Assembly: GCA_028716665.1 (NCBI GenBank)
Contig: JAQUPP010000001.1
Location: forward strand, 192,467-256,466
Length of the DNA: 64,000 nucleotides
Reading direction: 5' to 3'
Source of the DNA: Patescibacteria group bacterium
GTDB taxonomy: Bacteria > Patescibacteriota > Patescibacteriia > UBA2591 > JAQUPP01
Part shown: in pieces, positions 9,274 to 19,040 of the stretch
How positions within the stretch are numbered: position 1 is the first letter of the stretch
Layout of the letters: the number at the start of each line of letters is the position of its first letter
Made by a program: the position numbers and the translations under genes
The notes under the pieces: generated by a model
What the model was told of the DNA's origin: nothing
The model's input: the letters and a program-made list of their open reading frames with translations, nothing else
The model's database searches: none

Positions 9274-9723
9274 ATGAAAGAAAAAATCACTCTTCACGCC
9301 AAGTGGCTCATCAAAGCTCCTCTGACAGAGGTGTTTAACATAATAACTGACTTTGAAAAATGGCCTGAGTATTTTCCGAAAGTTGCGGAATCTATACAAG
9401 TCGTAAAGCATGGAGAAAATAATTTGGAAATAAATGCGACTGTCAAATCGTTCGGCCAAAAGTTCCCGGTAAAAATGAAAACTCGGATTCTCCCCGGAAA
9501 GGGATTTATTTCGGATAATGAGAGTCCTAAATTTGGAACTTCCGGTCACGAAGAATTATTGCTCTCTGAATGCCCGGAAGGAACCGTGATTGATTACACT
9601 TATCAAGTTGTTATCCATAAACGCTGGCTCCGTATAGTTGCAGGGCCGTTGATTAGTTGGTTTTCCATGAAATACTGGCAGAAAGCTGTTATAGATGAAT
9701 TAAGAAAAAGGGTTGAGAGATAA
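9274..9723 (+). CDS. SRPBCC/START-like (polyketide cyclase) family protein
   Basis: IKAPLTEVFNIITDFEKWPEYFP signature; start reassigned to ATG 9274. Confidence 0.75.
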   Translation: MKEKITLHAKWLIKAPLTEVFNIITDFEKWPEYFPKVAESIQVVKHGENNLEINATVKSFGQKFPVKMKTRILPGKGFISDNESPKFGTSGHEELLLSECPEGTVIDYTYQVVIHKRWLRIVAGPLISWFSMKYWQKAVIDELRKRVER

Positions 9724-9912
9724 AATTCTTTTTAATTCTTCTACTATCTTTTTTTCTCACGGCTCTAAACGTGTCCAGTAGTGCGAGAAGCGAATTTCCC
9801 CTTGTTTGTCTAAGAGTAGAGTGATCGGCGACAAACAGCAATCCCATTGTAGAGACTATTCTTTCTGCCGGAAAAAGTTTTGTGGATAGACTGAAGTATT
9901 TTATTTTAAACT

Positions 9913-10800
9913 ATGAAAATTACTAAAAGTATACAAAAGATAAAAGGTAATTCTGTAGATTTTCTAGGACAACTTGAGAAAATTATAGAATGTATTTTGG
10001 TTATTGTAAAAATTAAATTTCAAGATGCTCAAATTTCCTTATTTAGATTGACATTATCTCTACCCTACAAGGATATAAGTTACGAAACTTATAATGAGTT
10101 TAAAAATAATTGGAGAGATATTGATTTTTCTTTACTTGATTATTTTGTTTGTTCTATACATATACAAGAAGGCCCCAAATTATACAAAAACATATTTGAT
10201 TTTGGTTCCACCTTTTTTAAGCATAATCAGTTTGTTGAATTATCTATTGGAGCGGATGAACAAGATTTCTTAGAAAAATTATTTTATAAGGTTACACAAT
10301 CTTTACCCGAATTTAAAATCCTTGAATATGTTCCTGAAAGTGATCAAATTAAAGAAAGAAAAAATATTATTTTAAAAACAATTTTAATATTAAAAAAATT
10401 TAATCGGTATCAATTACGATTAAAAAATTTATTAAAAAATGAAAAAGAACTGCAAAATTTTCTATTTCCAATACTGAAAAGTCATTTTTTAAATCTTGAA
10501 GAAGAACTCAATTTACCAAAATTTGGCACCATTTCATACAAACCAGATTTTGGAATTCCAGATGCTAAATTATTATTAGAATGTAAATATTTAAGAAAAA
10601 AGCAAGATATTAAAAAAATTCAGAAAGAAATTAATGACGATGCTGCTGGTTATTTAGTGACTTCTACTGATTATAAATCACTTATTATTTTTATATATAA
10701 TGAAAAAAATACTCCGATACCTGATAAATTTTCAAAAGATTTAAAAAAAATTTCTGGTATTATTGATGTGATAATAGTTCCAGGCGTGGATCCAAAATAA
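9913..10800 (+). CDS. Protein with C-terminal DpnII/MboI-like PD-(D/E)XK nuclease domain
   Basis: NEKELQ..L...EE...KPDF.IP....LECK, DAAGY..LIIFIY. Confidence 0.65.
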   Translation: MKITKSIQKIKGNSVDFLGQLEKIIECILVIVKIKFQDAQISLFRLTLSLPYKDISYETYNEFKNNWRDIDFSLLDYFVCSIHIQEGPKLYKNIFDFGSTFFKHNQFVELSIGADEQDFLEKLFYKVTQSLPEFKILEYVPESDQIKERKNIILKTILILKKFNRYQLRLKNLLKNEKELQNFLFPILKSHFLNLEEELNLPKFGTISYKPDFGIPDAKLLLECKYLRKKQDIKKIQKEINDDAAGYLVTSTDYKSLIIFIYNEKNTPIPDKFSKDLKKISGIIDVIIVPGVDPK

Positions 10801-10827
10801 ATTTATTAAAGAGAGCTTAAGAATATT

Positions 10828-11052
10828 ATGTTTGAGAAAATATCAATACTAATAGGCACTATTGTAATAGCAAGTGGAGTTCTAATTGTCTTTTTCGGTG
10901 GGACGTGGGAGGGCGCCAAGATTGGATTAGAAATATTAGGTGTGTTATGGTTGTTACAAACTTCATATGAAGTAATAATTAAAAATCGGGAAGAAAAAAG
11001 AAAAGAGCGAGAGTCCAAAAAGCTTACTGATAAATATTTTAAAGATAATTAA
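10828..11052 (+). CDS. Small membrane protein
   Basis: Two hydrophobic segments; co-directional tight spacing. Confidence 0.55.
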   Translation: MFEKISILIGTIVIASGVLIVFFGGTWEGAKIGLEILGVLWLLQTSYEVIIKNREEKRKERESKKLTDKYFKDN

Positions 11053-11055
11053 ACC

Positions 11056-11367
11056 ATGAAAAATCAAAAATCAATTTTTATCAGTTTATTGAATGCGATT
11101 GGCGTGGCTGTTTACGTCATCGGCATTTCATTTATTTTGCGAAACGGCGATAAAATATTCAGCAAAATGGATAATTTCTTGGCGCCGGTGGCATTTTTGT
11201 TGCTTTTTGTTTTATCCGCCGCGATTACCGGCATGCTCGTTTTGGGAAAACCGCTTTTGTTGTATTCTGAGAATCGCAAATCCGAAGCGATAAAAATGTT
11301 TTTTTACACCATTGGCTGGCTTTTTCTGATTACATTAATTACGTTTATCGTTCAGATTAAGCATTAA
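11056..11367 (+). CDS. Small 3-TM membrane protein
   Basis: Hydrophobic helices; operonic with alaS. Confidence 0.7.
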   Translation: MKNQKSIFISLLNAIGVAVYVIGISFILRNGDKIFSKMDNFLAPVAFLLLFVLSAAITGMLVLGKPLLLYSENRKSEAIKMFFYTIGWLFLITLITFIVQIKH

Positions 11368-11374
11368 TTTTTTT

Positions 11375-13246
11375 ATGAATTCAAAAGAAATCAGAGAAAA
11401 ATATTTAAAATTTTTTGAAGAAAAAGGGCATACAATTATATCCTCAGCTTCTTTAATTCCGGAAAATGATCCGACTGCACTTTTTATTTCAGCCGGTATG
11501 CAACCGTTAGTTCCTTATCTTATGGGCGAAAAACATCCCGAAGGGAAAAGACTGGTTGATATTCAGCTTTGTGTTCGCACTGATGATATTGACGAGGTTG
11601 GCGATGAAACTCATCATGCTTTTTTTGAAATGCTCGGTAATTGGTCACTCGGAGATTATTTTAAAGAAGAGGCGATAAAATTTAGTTTTGAATTTTTAAC
11701 AAAAAAAGAGTGGCTTGGTTTGGAAAAAGAAAAATTAGCCATTTCTATTTTTGAAGGAGACGAAGATGCTCCGAAAGATGAGGAATCCAAGAAAGTTTGG
11801 TTAAGTTTGAACATCCCTGAAACAAGAATAAAAGAATTGCCTAAAAAAAATAATTGGTGGGGACCGGCTGGAGAAACTGGACCCTGTGGGCCGGATACGG
11901 AAATGTTCTACTGGGTAGGCAAAGAAGTGGCCCCGAAAGAATTTAATCCAGACGATAAACGATGGGTGGAAATTTGGAACGACGTTTTTATGCAGTATTT
12001 TAAACAAATAAGACTAGAAAAAAAAGAAGAGTATGATAATTTGATATTAAACAACAAAGAAATTCCAGAAAATTTTTACGAATTTATCCCATTAAAACAG
12101 AAAAATGTTGATACAGGTATGGGGTTAGAAAGAACATTGGCAATAATAAACGGATTTGATGATAATTATAAAACTGATGTTTTTGGGCCGATTATTCAAA
12201 AAATTGAGGAATTGTCCGGCAAAAAATATGAAGATAATAAAAAAGAATTCCGTATTATTGCCGATCATCTTAAAGCCGCGACTTTTATTATTGGCGACAA
12301 AAATGGAGTAGAACCCTCAAATCAAAAACAAGGTTATGTAGTACGTCGATTAATTCGTCTAGCCATTGGGTGCGGTCAACGATTAGGCATTAAAGATATT
12401 TTTTGTTTTAAAATCGCCGAAGAAGTGATTAAAATTTATCAAGATGTCTATCCCGATTTGAATAAAAATAAAGATTTAATAATTAATCAATTGGTTAATG
12501 AAGAAAAAAAATTTGGTAAATCAGAAGAGAGAGGGATATCTGTAGCAACGGGTGCTGCACAATCAATACGTGAGATTTATAGTCCAACGGGCGCTCCTGG
12601 TCCAACAAATGGCCCAAATAATAAAATTTCCGGCAAAGTTGCTTTTAATTGGCGTCAAACATACGGGTTATCTATTGATAGAATAAGAGAAATTGCCAAA
12701 AAAGAGGGACTAGAATTAGATGAGGAAGGTCTTAATGAAGAAATTAAAAAACATCAAGAACTTTCGCGCACGGCTTCAGCAGGCATGTTTAAAGGCGGAT
12801 TGGCGGATTCCGGCGAGCAGACGACAAAACTTCATACCGCGGCGCATTTGATGCTGGCGGCTTTAAGGCAGGTTTTGGGAGATCACGTTTTTCAAAAAGG
12901 AAGCAATATCACGGCCGAAAGATTAAGATTTGATTTCTCTCATTCACAAAAAATGACACCGGAAGAAATAAAAAAAGTTGAAGAAATAGTTAATCAAAAA
13001 ATTAAAGAAAATTTGCCCGTGATTTGCGAAGAAATGACTTTGAACGAGGCAAAAGAAAAAGGTGCCATGGGAGTTTTTGAAAGTAAATATGGAGAAAAAG
13101 TAAAAGTTTACAGCATCAATAATTTTTCAAAAGAGATTTGTGGCGGACCACATGCCAAAAATACTCAAGAACTCGGCAGTTTTAAAATTATCAAAGAAGA
13201 AGCAAGCAGCGCCGGAGTCAGAAGAATCAAAGCAGTTATAGAATAA
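11375..13246 (+). CDS. alaS: Alanine--tRNA ligase (short form, no C-Ala domain)
   Basis: AGMQP, FEMLGNWS, EIWNDVFMQ, DTGMGLER, editing HTAAH and CGGPH, GVRRI. Confidence 0.95.
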   Translation: MNSKEIREKYLKFFEEKGHTIISSASLIPENDPTALFISAGMQPLVPYLMGEKHPEGKRLVDIQLCVRTDDIDEVGDETHHAFFEMLGNWSLGDYFKEEAIKFSFEFLTKKEWLGLEKEKLAISIFEGDEDAPKDEESKKVWLSLNIPETRIKELPKKNNWWGPAGETGPCGPDTEMFYWVGKEVAPKEFNPDDKRWVEIWNDVFMQYFKQIRLEKKEEYDNLILNNKEIPENFYEFIPLKQKNVDTGMGLERTLAIINGFDDNYKTDVFGPIIQKIEELSGKKYEDNKKEFRIIADHLKAATFIIGDKNGVEPSNQKQGYVVRRLIRLAIGCGQRLGIKDIFCFKIAEEVIKIYQDVYPDLNKNKDLIINQLVNEEKKFGKSEERGISVATGAAQSIREIYSPTGAPGPTNGPNNKISGKVAFNWRQTYGLSIDRIREIAKKEGLELDEEGLNEEIKKHQELSRTASAGMFKGGLADSGEQTTKLHTAAHLMLAALRQVLGDHVFQKGSNITAERLRFDFSHSQKMTPEEIKKVEEIVNQKIKENLPVICEEMTLNEAKEKGAMGVFESKYGEKVKVYSINNFSKEICGGPHAKNTQELGSFKIIKEEASSAGVRRIKAVIE

Positions 13247-13417
13247 CAAGCAGCACATTGTTTTTACAAATTTGTTAAACTGAAATTAAATAAAAGGTTT
13301 TTCAAATTCAAAAGCCTTTTATTGCCAAGCAAGTGAGGGAAGAGAAAATTTATTTTCTTTTCCGAGCGAGCGCAGGCAAAAAAGGGTCTAGTACCCTTTA
13401 TTTGTTAAAAATATATT

Positions 13418-15232
13418 ATGTTAAAAATCAGAAACATCGCAATTATCGCCCACGTTGACCACGGTAAAACCACGCTCGTGGATGCTTTATTGCGCCAATC
13501 AAAAACTCATTTGAACAAAGAAATCGCTCAATCGGAATTGATTATGGACAGCAATGATTTGGAACGCGAAAGAGGCATTACGATTTTTTCCAAAAATGCT
13601 TCCGTGGTTTGGAAAGATATTAAAATCAATATCATAGACACTCCGGGTCATGCTGATTTCGGCGGAGAAGTGGAACGCGTTTTAAATATGGCTGACGGCT
13701 GTCTGCTTTTGGTTGACGCCAAAGAAGGACCAATGCCTCAGACCAGATTTGTTTTGAAAAAAGCGCTGGAAATCGGACATAAAATAATCGTGGTGATTAA
13801 TAAAATTGACAAGCCGGATGCCAGAATTGATTATGTGGTGGAAAAAACCATGGAATTATTTTTGGAATTGGGCGCTGATGATCAGGGTTTGAATTTTCCG
13901 ATTGTTTACGCTTCGGCAAAAAACGGTTTAGCCGGTTTGGATCCGGAACTTGAAAAAATGAAAAATATTGAACCGATTTTTGAATCCATTGTTCAACATA
14001 TTCCGTCGCCGATTGTTGAAGAAAACAAGCCGTTGCAGATATTAATTTCAAATATTACGGCTGACGAATTTAAGGGCAGAATTGCGATAGGGAGAATTCA
14101 TAATGGCACCATAAAAGCGGGACAGGATATTATGCACATCAATCGCCAAGGAGAACATAAAAAATATCGCTTGAATTCTTTAATGATTTTCAGCGGTTTG
14201 AGTCGTGTGGAAGCGGAAGAAGTTAACGCCGGCGACATTGTCGCTTTGGCCGGTATTCCGGAAGTAACCATTGGCGAAACGATTGCCGATCCGGAAGATT
14301 CTCAGGCCTTGCCTTTGTTAAAAATTGACGAACCGACGGTTAAAATGACTTTTATGATCAATGATTCGCCTTTTGCCGGAAAAGAGGGCAAATATTGCAC
14401 TTCCAGGCAGATTAGAGCGCGTTTATTCAAGGAATTGGAGACAGATATGGCCTTGCGCGTTGAGGACACTTCTGACGGCAAATGGGTTGTTTCCGGCCGC
14501 GGCGAGCTTCATTTGGCAATTTTGATTGAACGGTTAAGACGCGAGAGTTATGAAATGCAAGTTTCCCGTCCACAAGTAATTAATAAAAAAATTAATGGGC
14601 AAGAAGTTACGCCTTTTGAAAGATTATTTATTGAAGTGCCGGAAGTCAGCCAAGGAGTTGTCATTCAAAAATTAGGCGGCCGCAAAGGCATGCTTAAAGA
14701 AATGAACATAGTTGATAAAATCGTCTATTTGGAATATTTAATTCCAACACGCGGACTTTTCGGTTATCGTTCGGAATTTTTAACCGACACGCGCGGCATG
14801 GGAATTATCAATACGACTTTTTATGATTATTTGCCTGATCCGGGAAATTGGAAAGAAAAAGAACAGGGTTCTTTGGTTGCTCATGAAACCGGCGTGACGA
14901 ATTCATACGGATTGCTCAATGTTCAAGATCGCGGAATTTTATTTTACGGTCCGGCGATTCAAGTTTATCAAGGCGAAGTGGTCGGTCAAAATTCGCGGCC
15001 GGGTGATATTTGGATTAATGTTTGTAAAACAAAAAAATTATCGAACATGCGTTCCAGGGGAGATGGAATTACTGAACATTTTAATACCCCGAAAATAATG
15101 GACTTGGAAGATGCTTTGGAATATATCGGCGACGACGAATTGGTGGAAATTACGCCGGCAAACGTTCGTATCAGAAAAACTTGTTTGAGCGAATTGGAAT
15201 CTAAGCGCACTGCCCGCCACAACAAATCTTAA
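13418..15232 (+). CDS. typA: Translational GTPase TypA/BipA
   Basis: IAHVDHGKTTL, ERGITI, DTPGHADF, GRGELHL, DELVEITP. Confidence 0.97.
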   Translation: MLKIRNIAIIAHVDHGKTTLVDALLRQSKTHLNKEIAQSELIMDSNDLERERGITIFSKNASVVWKDIKINIIDTPGHADFGGEVERVLNMADGCLLLVDAKEGPMPQTRFVLKKALEIGHKIIVVINKIDKPDARIDYVVEKTMELFLELGADDQGLNFPIVYASAKNGLAGLDPELEKMKNIEPIFESIVQHIPSPIVEENKPLQILISNITADEFKGRIAIGRIHNGTIKAGQDIMHINRQGEHKKYRLNSLMIFSGLSRVEAEEVNAGDIVALAGIPEVTIGETIADPEDSQALPLLKIDEPTVKMTFMINDSPFAGKEGKYCTSRQIRARLFKELETDMALRVEDTSDGKWVVSGRGELHLAILIERLRRESYEMQVSRPQVINKKINGQEVTPFERLFIEVPEVSQGVVIQKLGGRKGMLKEMNIVDKIVYLEYLIPTRGLFGYRSEFLTDTRGMGIINTTFYDYLPDPGNWKEKEQGSLVAHETGVTNSYGLLNVQDRGILFYGPAIQVYQGEVVGQNSRPGDIWINVCKTKKLSNMRSRGDGITEHFNTPKIMDLEDALEYIGDDELVEITPANVRIRKTCLSELESKRTARHNKS

Positions 15233-15296
15233 TAATTTCTGTATTTAAAAAAATTATTCGCCTTTTCGGGCGAATAATTTTTTTGTTAGATTAAAT

Positions 15297-15749
15297 TTAA
15301 AGTGAAAAATCCAATTTATCACCAATATTCAATCCAATTTGGTTAGTTGCTCCGCCCTTAATTTCCAAAACATAAAGTGATTTTTGTTCAGTGCCGTAAT
15401 TTGGGCAGGGATCTTTCTCACAAATCGGCGTATTTTTTGAAATAAATATGACTTGCTTGTTTTCATCAAGCCAAATGATATCCAGTGGTTCCAGAGTGTT
15501 TTTCATCCAAAATTTATCACTTACCGGAGTTTTAAAAACAAAAAGCATGCCGCCATTTTTTTTAAGATGCTGATTCATCAATCCTTTGGCCATTTCAGGC
15601 GGCGTTCTGGCAATAACTGTTTGGAAACAATTATCTTTAAAACAGACCTTGGTTGATTCGGGATGAGATGAAAATTTGATTAAAATAATAATTAAAATCA
15701 GTAAAATTATTACACAAATCAGCCATAAAATTTTTTTATTTTTTATCAT
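15297..15749 (-). CDS. DUF192 family protein
   Basis: GLM...GMLFVF...FWMKNT..PLDIIW...VLEI; N-terminal TM. Confidence 0.9.
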   Translation of the reverse strand: MIKNKKILWLICVIILLILIIILIKFSSHPESTKVCFKDNCFQTVIARTPPEMAKGLMNQHLKKNGGMLFVFKTPVSDKFWMKNTLEPLDIIWLDENKQVIFISKNTPICEKDPCPNYGTEQKSLYVLEIKGGATNQIGLNIGDKLDFSL

Positions 15750-15835
15750 ATTAAGAGGGGCTGGATTTTTAAACGATTATCTATTATAATAATTATATAA
15801 TAACATAAGGAGCAAATAAGACAAATAATAAAAAT

Positions 15836-18085
15836 ATGCCGGAGAAAACCAAAAAAATAGACATTGTTATTGAGATCCTTTGGTTGGCGATTATTTTTTT
15901 TATTCCTGTTTATCTTGATCAGGGATTATATAATGTTTTTGAAGTTGCCAAAAATGTTTTATTTCAAAATTTGACGGAAATTTTATTATTTGTTTATCTT
16001 GTAAAATTTATTCTTTTTTATCGGGAAAATATTAAAATTTTCCGCCAAAGAATAAAATATTTTATTCCGGCCGGTATTTTTATCGCCATTTTGGGCGTTT
16101 CCACGATTTTTTCTCAAGTGCCCTGGTTCAGTTTTTGGGGATCTTGGGAGCGGAGAATGGGTTATTTGACCTGGCTCCATTTTTTTGTTTTCGGGCTGCT
16201 TTTGCTTCTGAATATTAGAAAAAGAAATCAAATTTATCGGATTTTAGCGGCCATTTTGGCTTCTTCTTTTTTCGTCGGCATCTATGGCGCCATGCAATTT
16301 AAAGGATTGGACATATTCAAATGGACTTATGATCCGTTTGTCATGGGGCGGATTTTTTCCAGCATCGGTCAGCCGAATTTTTTGGGTTCTTGGTTGCTCC
16401 TGGTCATACCGTTGGTTATTTTTGGTTTAATAAACAAAAAATCATTAATCAAATATTTTTCATTCTTTTTATTAATTTTGCTTTTTTTAAATCTTCTTTG
16501 GACCAAATCGCGCGGGGCCTGGCTTGGCGCCTTAGTCATGATTGTTTTCATGGGTATTTTATTTTTCTGGCGCCGAGATAAAAAGAAGATTATTTTTCCC
16601 GCGATTTTTTTGTTCATAATAATTTCATTGTTATTTATCGCTCCGCATTTTAATATTTCAAAAGATAAATTGGCCGCAAATCCGCTTTTAACCCGTTTAA
16701 TGAGCTTAACTGATTTGAAAGAAGCCGGGCAATATCGCTTGATGCATTGGCAGGCAAGCGCGGATTTGATTAAAGACAAGCCGATTTTGGGATATGGCTT
16801 GGGTGGCCAGCGGTTTAATTTCCCTAAATATTATCAGCCAATATTCGCCGTTTACGAAAAACCTAATATTTATCTTGATTATGCTCATAATGATATTTTG
16901 GACACGCTTTTAATTTCAGGTTTTTTAGGTTTGGCGAGTTATTTATTTTTGATTGGTAGTGTATTTTGGTTTGGGCTAAGATATCTATTTAAAAATCCGA
17001 AATCCGAAATCCGAAATCCGAAACAAATTCCAAATTCTAAATTCCTAATTCTTTGTCTTTTGAGCGGACTTTTCGGTTATTTGGCCTCCATTCAATTTTC
17101 ATTTCATGTAATGTCCACTTTGCTTTATTTTTGGCTTTTCATGGTTTTGGTGATTATTTTATCAAATAATTTGACTGACTCGGAAAATAATTTAATTTCA
17201 AAAGAAAAACCGGAAGAATTTTTAACCCCGCTTAAAAGCTTGATGATTCTTTTTGTCTTAAGTTTAATTTTTTTATGTTCATGGCAATTCAATTTTAAAT
17301 TATATTTATCCAGCCATTATTTTTTAAATGCCCAAAAGGCAAAAGCAATGGGTGATTGGCAGGAAATGATTCAAGAAAACGAAAGAGCGATACAATTTAA
17401 TCCGAATAATCCTTATTTTCATCAAGAATTCGCTTTAAGTTTGTATCAAGCCGGTTTTTCATCTTCAACAAAAAAACTTGATTGGTTGGAAACAGGTATA
17501 GAAAATATTGAAATGATTCCTCAAAAAATCAGGCCGATTGAAGCGATTATTTGGCTAAGTTGGTTAAAAAGCGAGAAGGCCAATTTGACTAAAAATCAAA
17601 ATGATTTTCAAGCCGCGGAAAAAGCTTTTCAAGATTCGGCGGATTTTACCCCCGGCACGGCTCTTGTTTACAATCATTGGTGTGATTTGAAGGTTTATGA
17701 AGAAAATTGGGATCAAGCCGTTAAAATGTGCGAGAAAGCCATTTCTTTATATCCTGACCTCAACCACCCGTCTTTAAACGAAGAGCACTATCGCGATGTT
17801 GTTAATGAAATGACGCCGGTTTATCTTAATTTGGGATTTGTTTACAGAAAAATAGGCAACCCCCAAAAGGCAATTGACTATTATCAAAAATCAGCATATC
17901 CTATATTAAAGGGTTTTACTCCTCCTTATCCGAATGCTTTAAAAGTTATTTATCAAGAAATAATCACTACTTATCAATCAATGGGGCAAATTGACTCGGC
18001 GATTTATTGGGCTCAACATTTTCAAGTTCTCTGGCCTGATGATCCCAATTCTAACTTTATTTTAAATTCATTACAGCAAAAATAA
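15836..18085 (+). CDS. O-antigen ligase/oligosaccharyltransferase-like membrane protein with TPRs
   Basis: Multiple TMs, GQPNFLG, TKSRGAWLG, PILGYG, YAHND, C-terminal TPR-like helices. Confidence 0.85.
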   Translation: MPEKTKKIDIVIEILWLAIIFFIPVYLDQGLYNVFEVAKNVLFQNLTEILLFVYLVKFILFYRENIKIFRQRIKYFIPAGIFIAILGVSTIFSQVPWFSFWGSWERRMGYLTWLHFFVFGLLLLLNIRKRNQIYRILAAILASSFFVGIYGAMQFKGLDIFKWTYDPFVMGRIFSSIGQPNFLGSWLLLVIPLVIFGLINKKSLIKYFSFFLLILLFLNLLWTKSRGAWLGALVMIVFMGILFFWRRDKKKIIFPAIFLFIIISLLFIAPHFNISKDKLAANPLLTRLMSLTDLKEAGQYRLMHWQASADLIKDKPILGYGLGGQRFNFPKYYQPIFAVYEKPNIYLDYAHNDILDTLLISGFLGLASYLFLIGSVFWFGLRYLFKNPKSEIRNPKQIPNSKFLILCLLSGLFGYLASIQFSFHVMSTLLYFWLFMVLVIILSNNLTDSENNLISKEKPEEFLTPLKSLMILFVLSLIFLCSWQFNFKLYLSSHYFLNAQKAKAMGDWQEMIQENERAIQFNPNNPYFHQEFALSLYQAGFSSSTKKLDWLETGIENIEMIPQKIRPIEAIIWLSWLKSEKANLTKNQNDFQAAEKAFQDSADFTPGTALVYNHWCDLKVYEENWDQAVKMCEKAISLYPDLNHPSLNEEHYRDVVNEMTPVYLNLGFVYRKIGNPQKAIDYYQKSAYPILKGFTPPYPNALKVIYQEIITTYQSMGQIDSAIYWAQHFQVLWPDDPNSNFILNSLQQK

Positions 18086-18086
18086 T

Positions 18087-18590
18087 ATGATGCAAGAAAA
18101 TAAAAATCAAAATATTGATCATGGTAAAAATTTTTTAAGCTGGCAGTTTCCCGAATATACCAAATATGAACGGGAAAAATCATGGTATGTAATTGTCGGT
18201 TTGATTTCTTTGGGGATTATTATTTATTCCATAGTAACAGTCAACTTTCTTTTTGTTGTTTTATTGATTTTGTTCATGACGATTATTACTTTGCATAATC
18301 GCCGCGAGCCGATGGATGTTTTATGCGATATTTTTGAAGATGGCATGGCAGTCGGCAGCCGATTTTATGAATGGTCTGATATAAAAAATTTCAGGATTGT
18401 TTATCAGCCGCCGGATGTTAAGAAACTTTATATTGATTTAAAAAATAATCTCTTGCAGGATTTTTCCATTCCTTTGGATGACCAAAATCCGTTAATGGTC
18501 CGTGATATTTTGAAAAAATATTTAAAAGAAGATTTGACTAAAACTGAAGAAACTTTGACTGATCGCTTGAATCGCTGGCTGAAAATTTAG
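18087..18590 (+). CDS. Conserved 2-TM membrane protein
   Basis: W..PEY, two TMs, then a PH-like beta region. Confidence 0.7.
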   Translation: MMQENKNQNIDHGKNFLSWQFPEYTKYEREKSWYVIVGLISLGIIIYSIVTVNFLFVVLLILFMTIITLHNRREPMDVLCDIFEDGMAVGSRFYEWSDIKNFRIVYQPPDVKKLYIDLKNNLLQDFSIPLDDQNPLMVRDILKKYLKEDLTKTEETLTDRLNRWLKI

Positions 18591-18599
18591 AATTTTTTT

Positions 18600-18666
18600 G
18601 CCCCTGTAGCTCAACTCCGACGCCTTGAAGGGTCGGAGTCCCGACCGAAGCGTCGGGGCGGATAGA
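18600..18666 (+). repeat. Copy 1 of tRNA-Arg nt 1-23 interrupted by a 44-nt twin hairpin
   Basis: gcccctgtagctcaa|insert 18615-18658|cggataga. Confidence 0.9.
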
Positions 18667-18676
18667 AAAATTTATT

Positions 18677-18940
18677 ATGAAAGGTTACGTTTATATTTTA
18701 AAAGATAAAATAAATAAATTTTATATTGGCAGTACGTCGGATATTAAGAGAAGATTACAACAACATAGCGCTGGACATACTCAAACTACGAGAAATATGA
18801 TTCATCCGATATTGGTTTTATCTCAAGAATACGAAACTTTAAGTATCGCCAGAAAAATAGAGAAAAAAATAAAAAATTTAAAAAGAAAGGACTATATTAT
18901 AAAAATGGTAGCCGATGGCTGTATAAAAATGAAAGCCTAG
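18677..18940 (+). CDS. Small GIY-YIG endonuclease
   Basis: YVYILK..FYIGSTSDIKRRLQQH..E..IK. Confidence 0.9.
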   Translation: MKGYVYILKDKINKFYIGSTSDIKRRLQQHSAGHTQTTRNMIHPILVLSQEYETLSIARKIEKKIKNLKRKDYIIKMVADGCIKMKA

Positions 18941-18945
18941 AATTT

Positions 18946-19024
18946 GCCCCTGTAGCTCAATACCGACGCCTTGAGGGGTCGGTATCTCGACCTCCAATAA
19001 AAATGGAGCGTCGGGACGGATAGA
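18946..19024 (+). repeat. Copy 2 of tRNA-Arg nt 1-23 interrupted by a 56-nt twin hairpin
   Basis: gcccctgtagctcaa|insert 18961-19016|cggataga. Confidence 0.9.
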
Positions 19025-19040
19025 AAAATTTTGTTCTTTT

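Noticed and set aside
13250-13400. Riboswitch or T-box between alaS and typA
   Set aside because: Several hairpins but no recognisable conserved motif; probably a terminator plus a repeat remnant.
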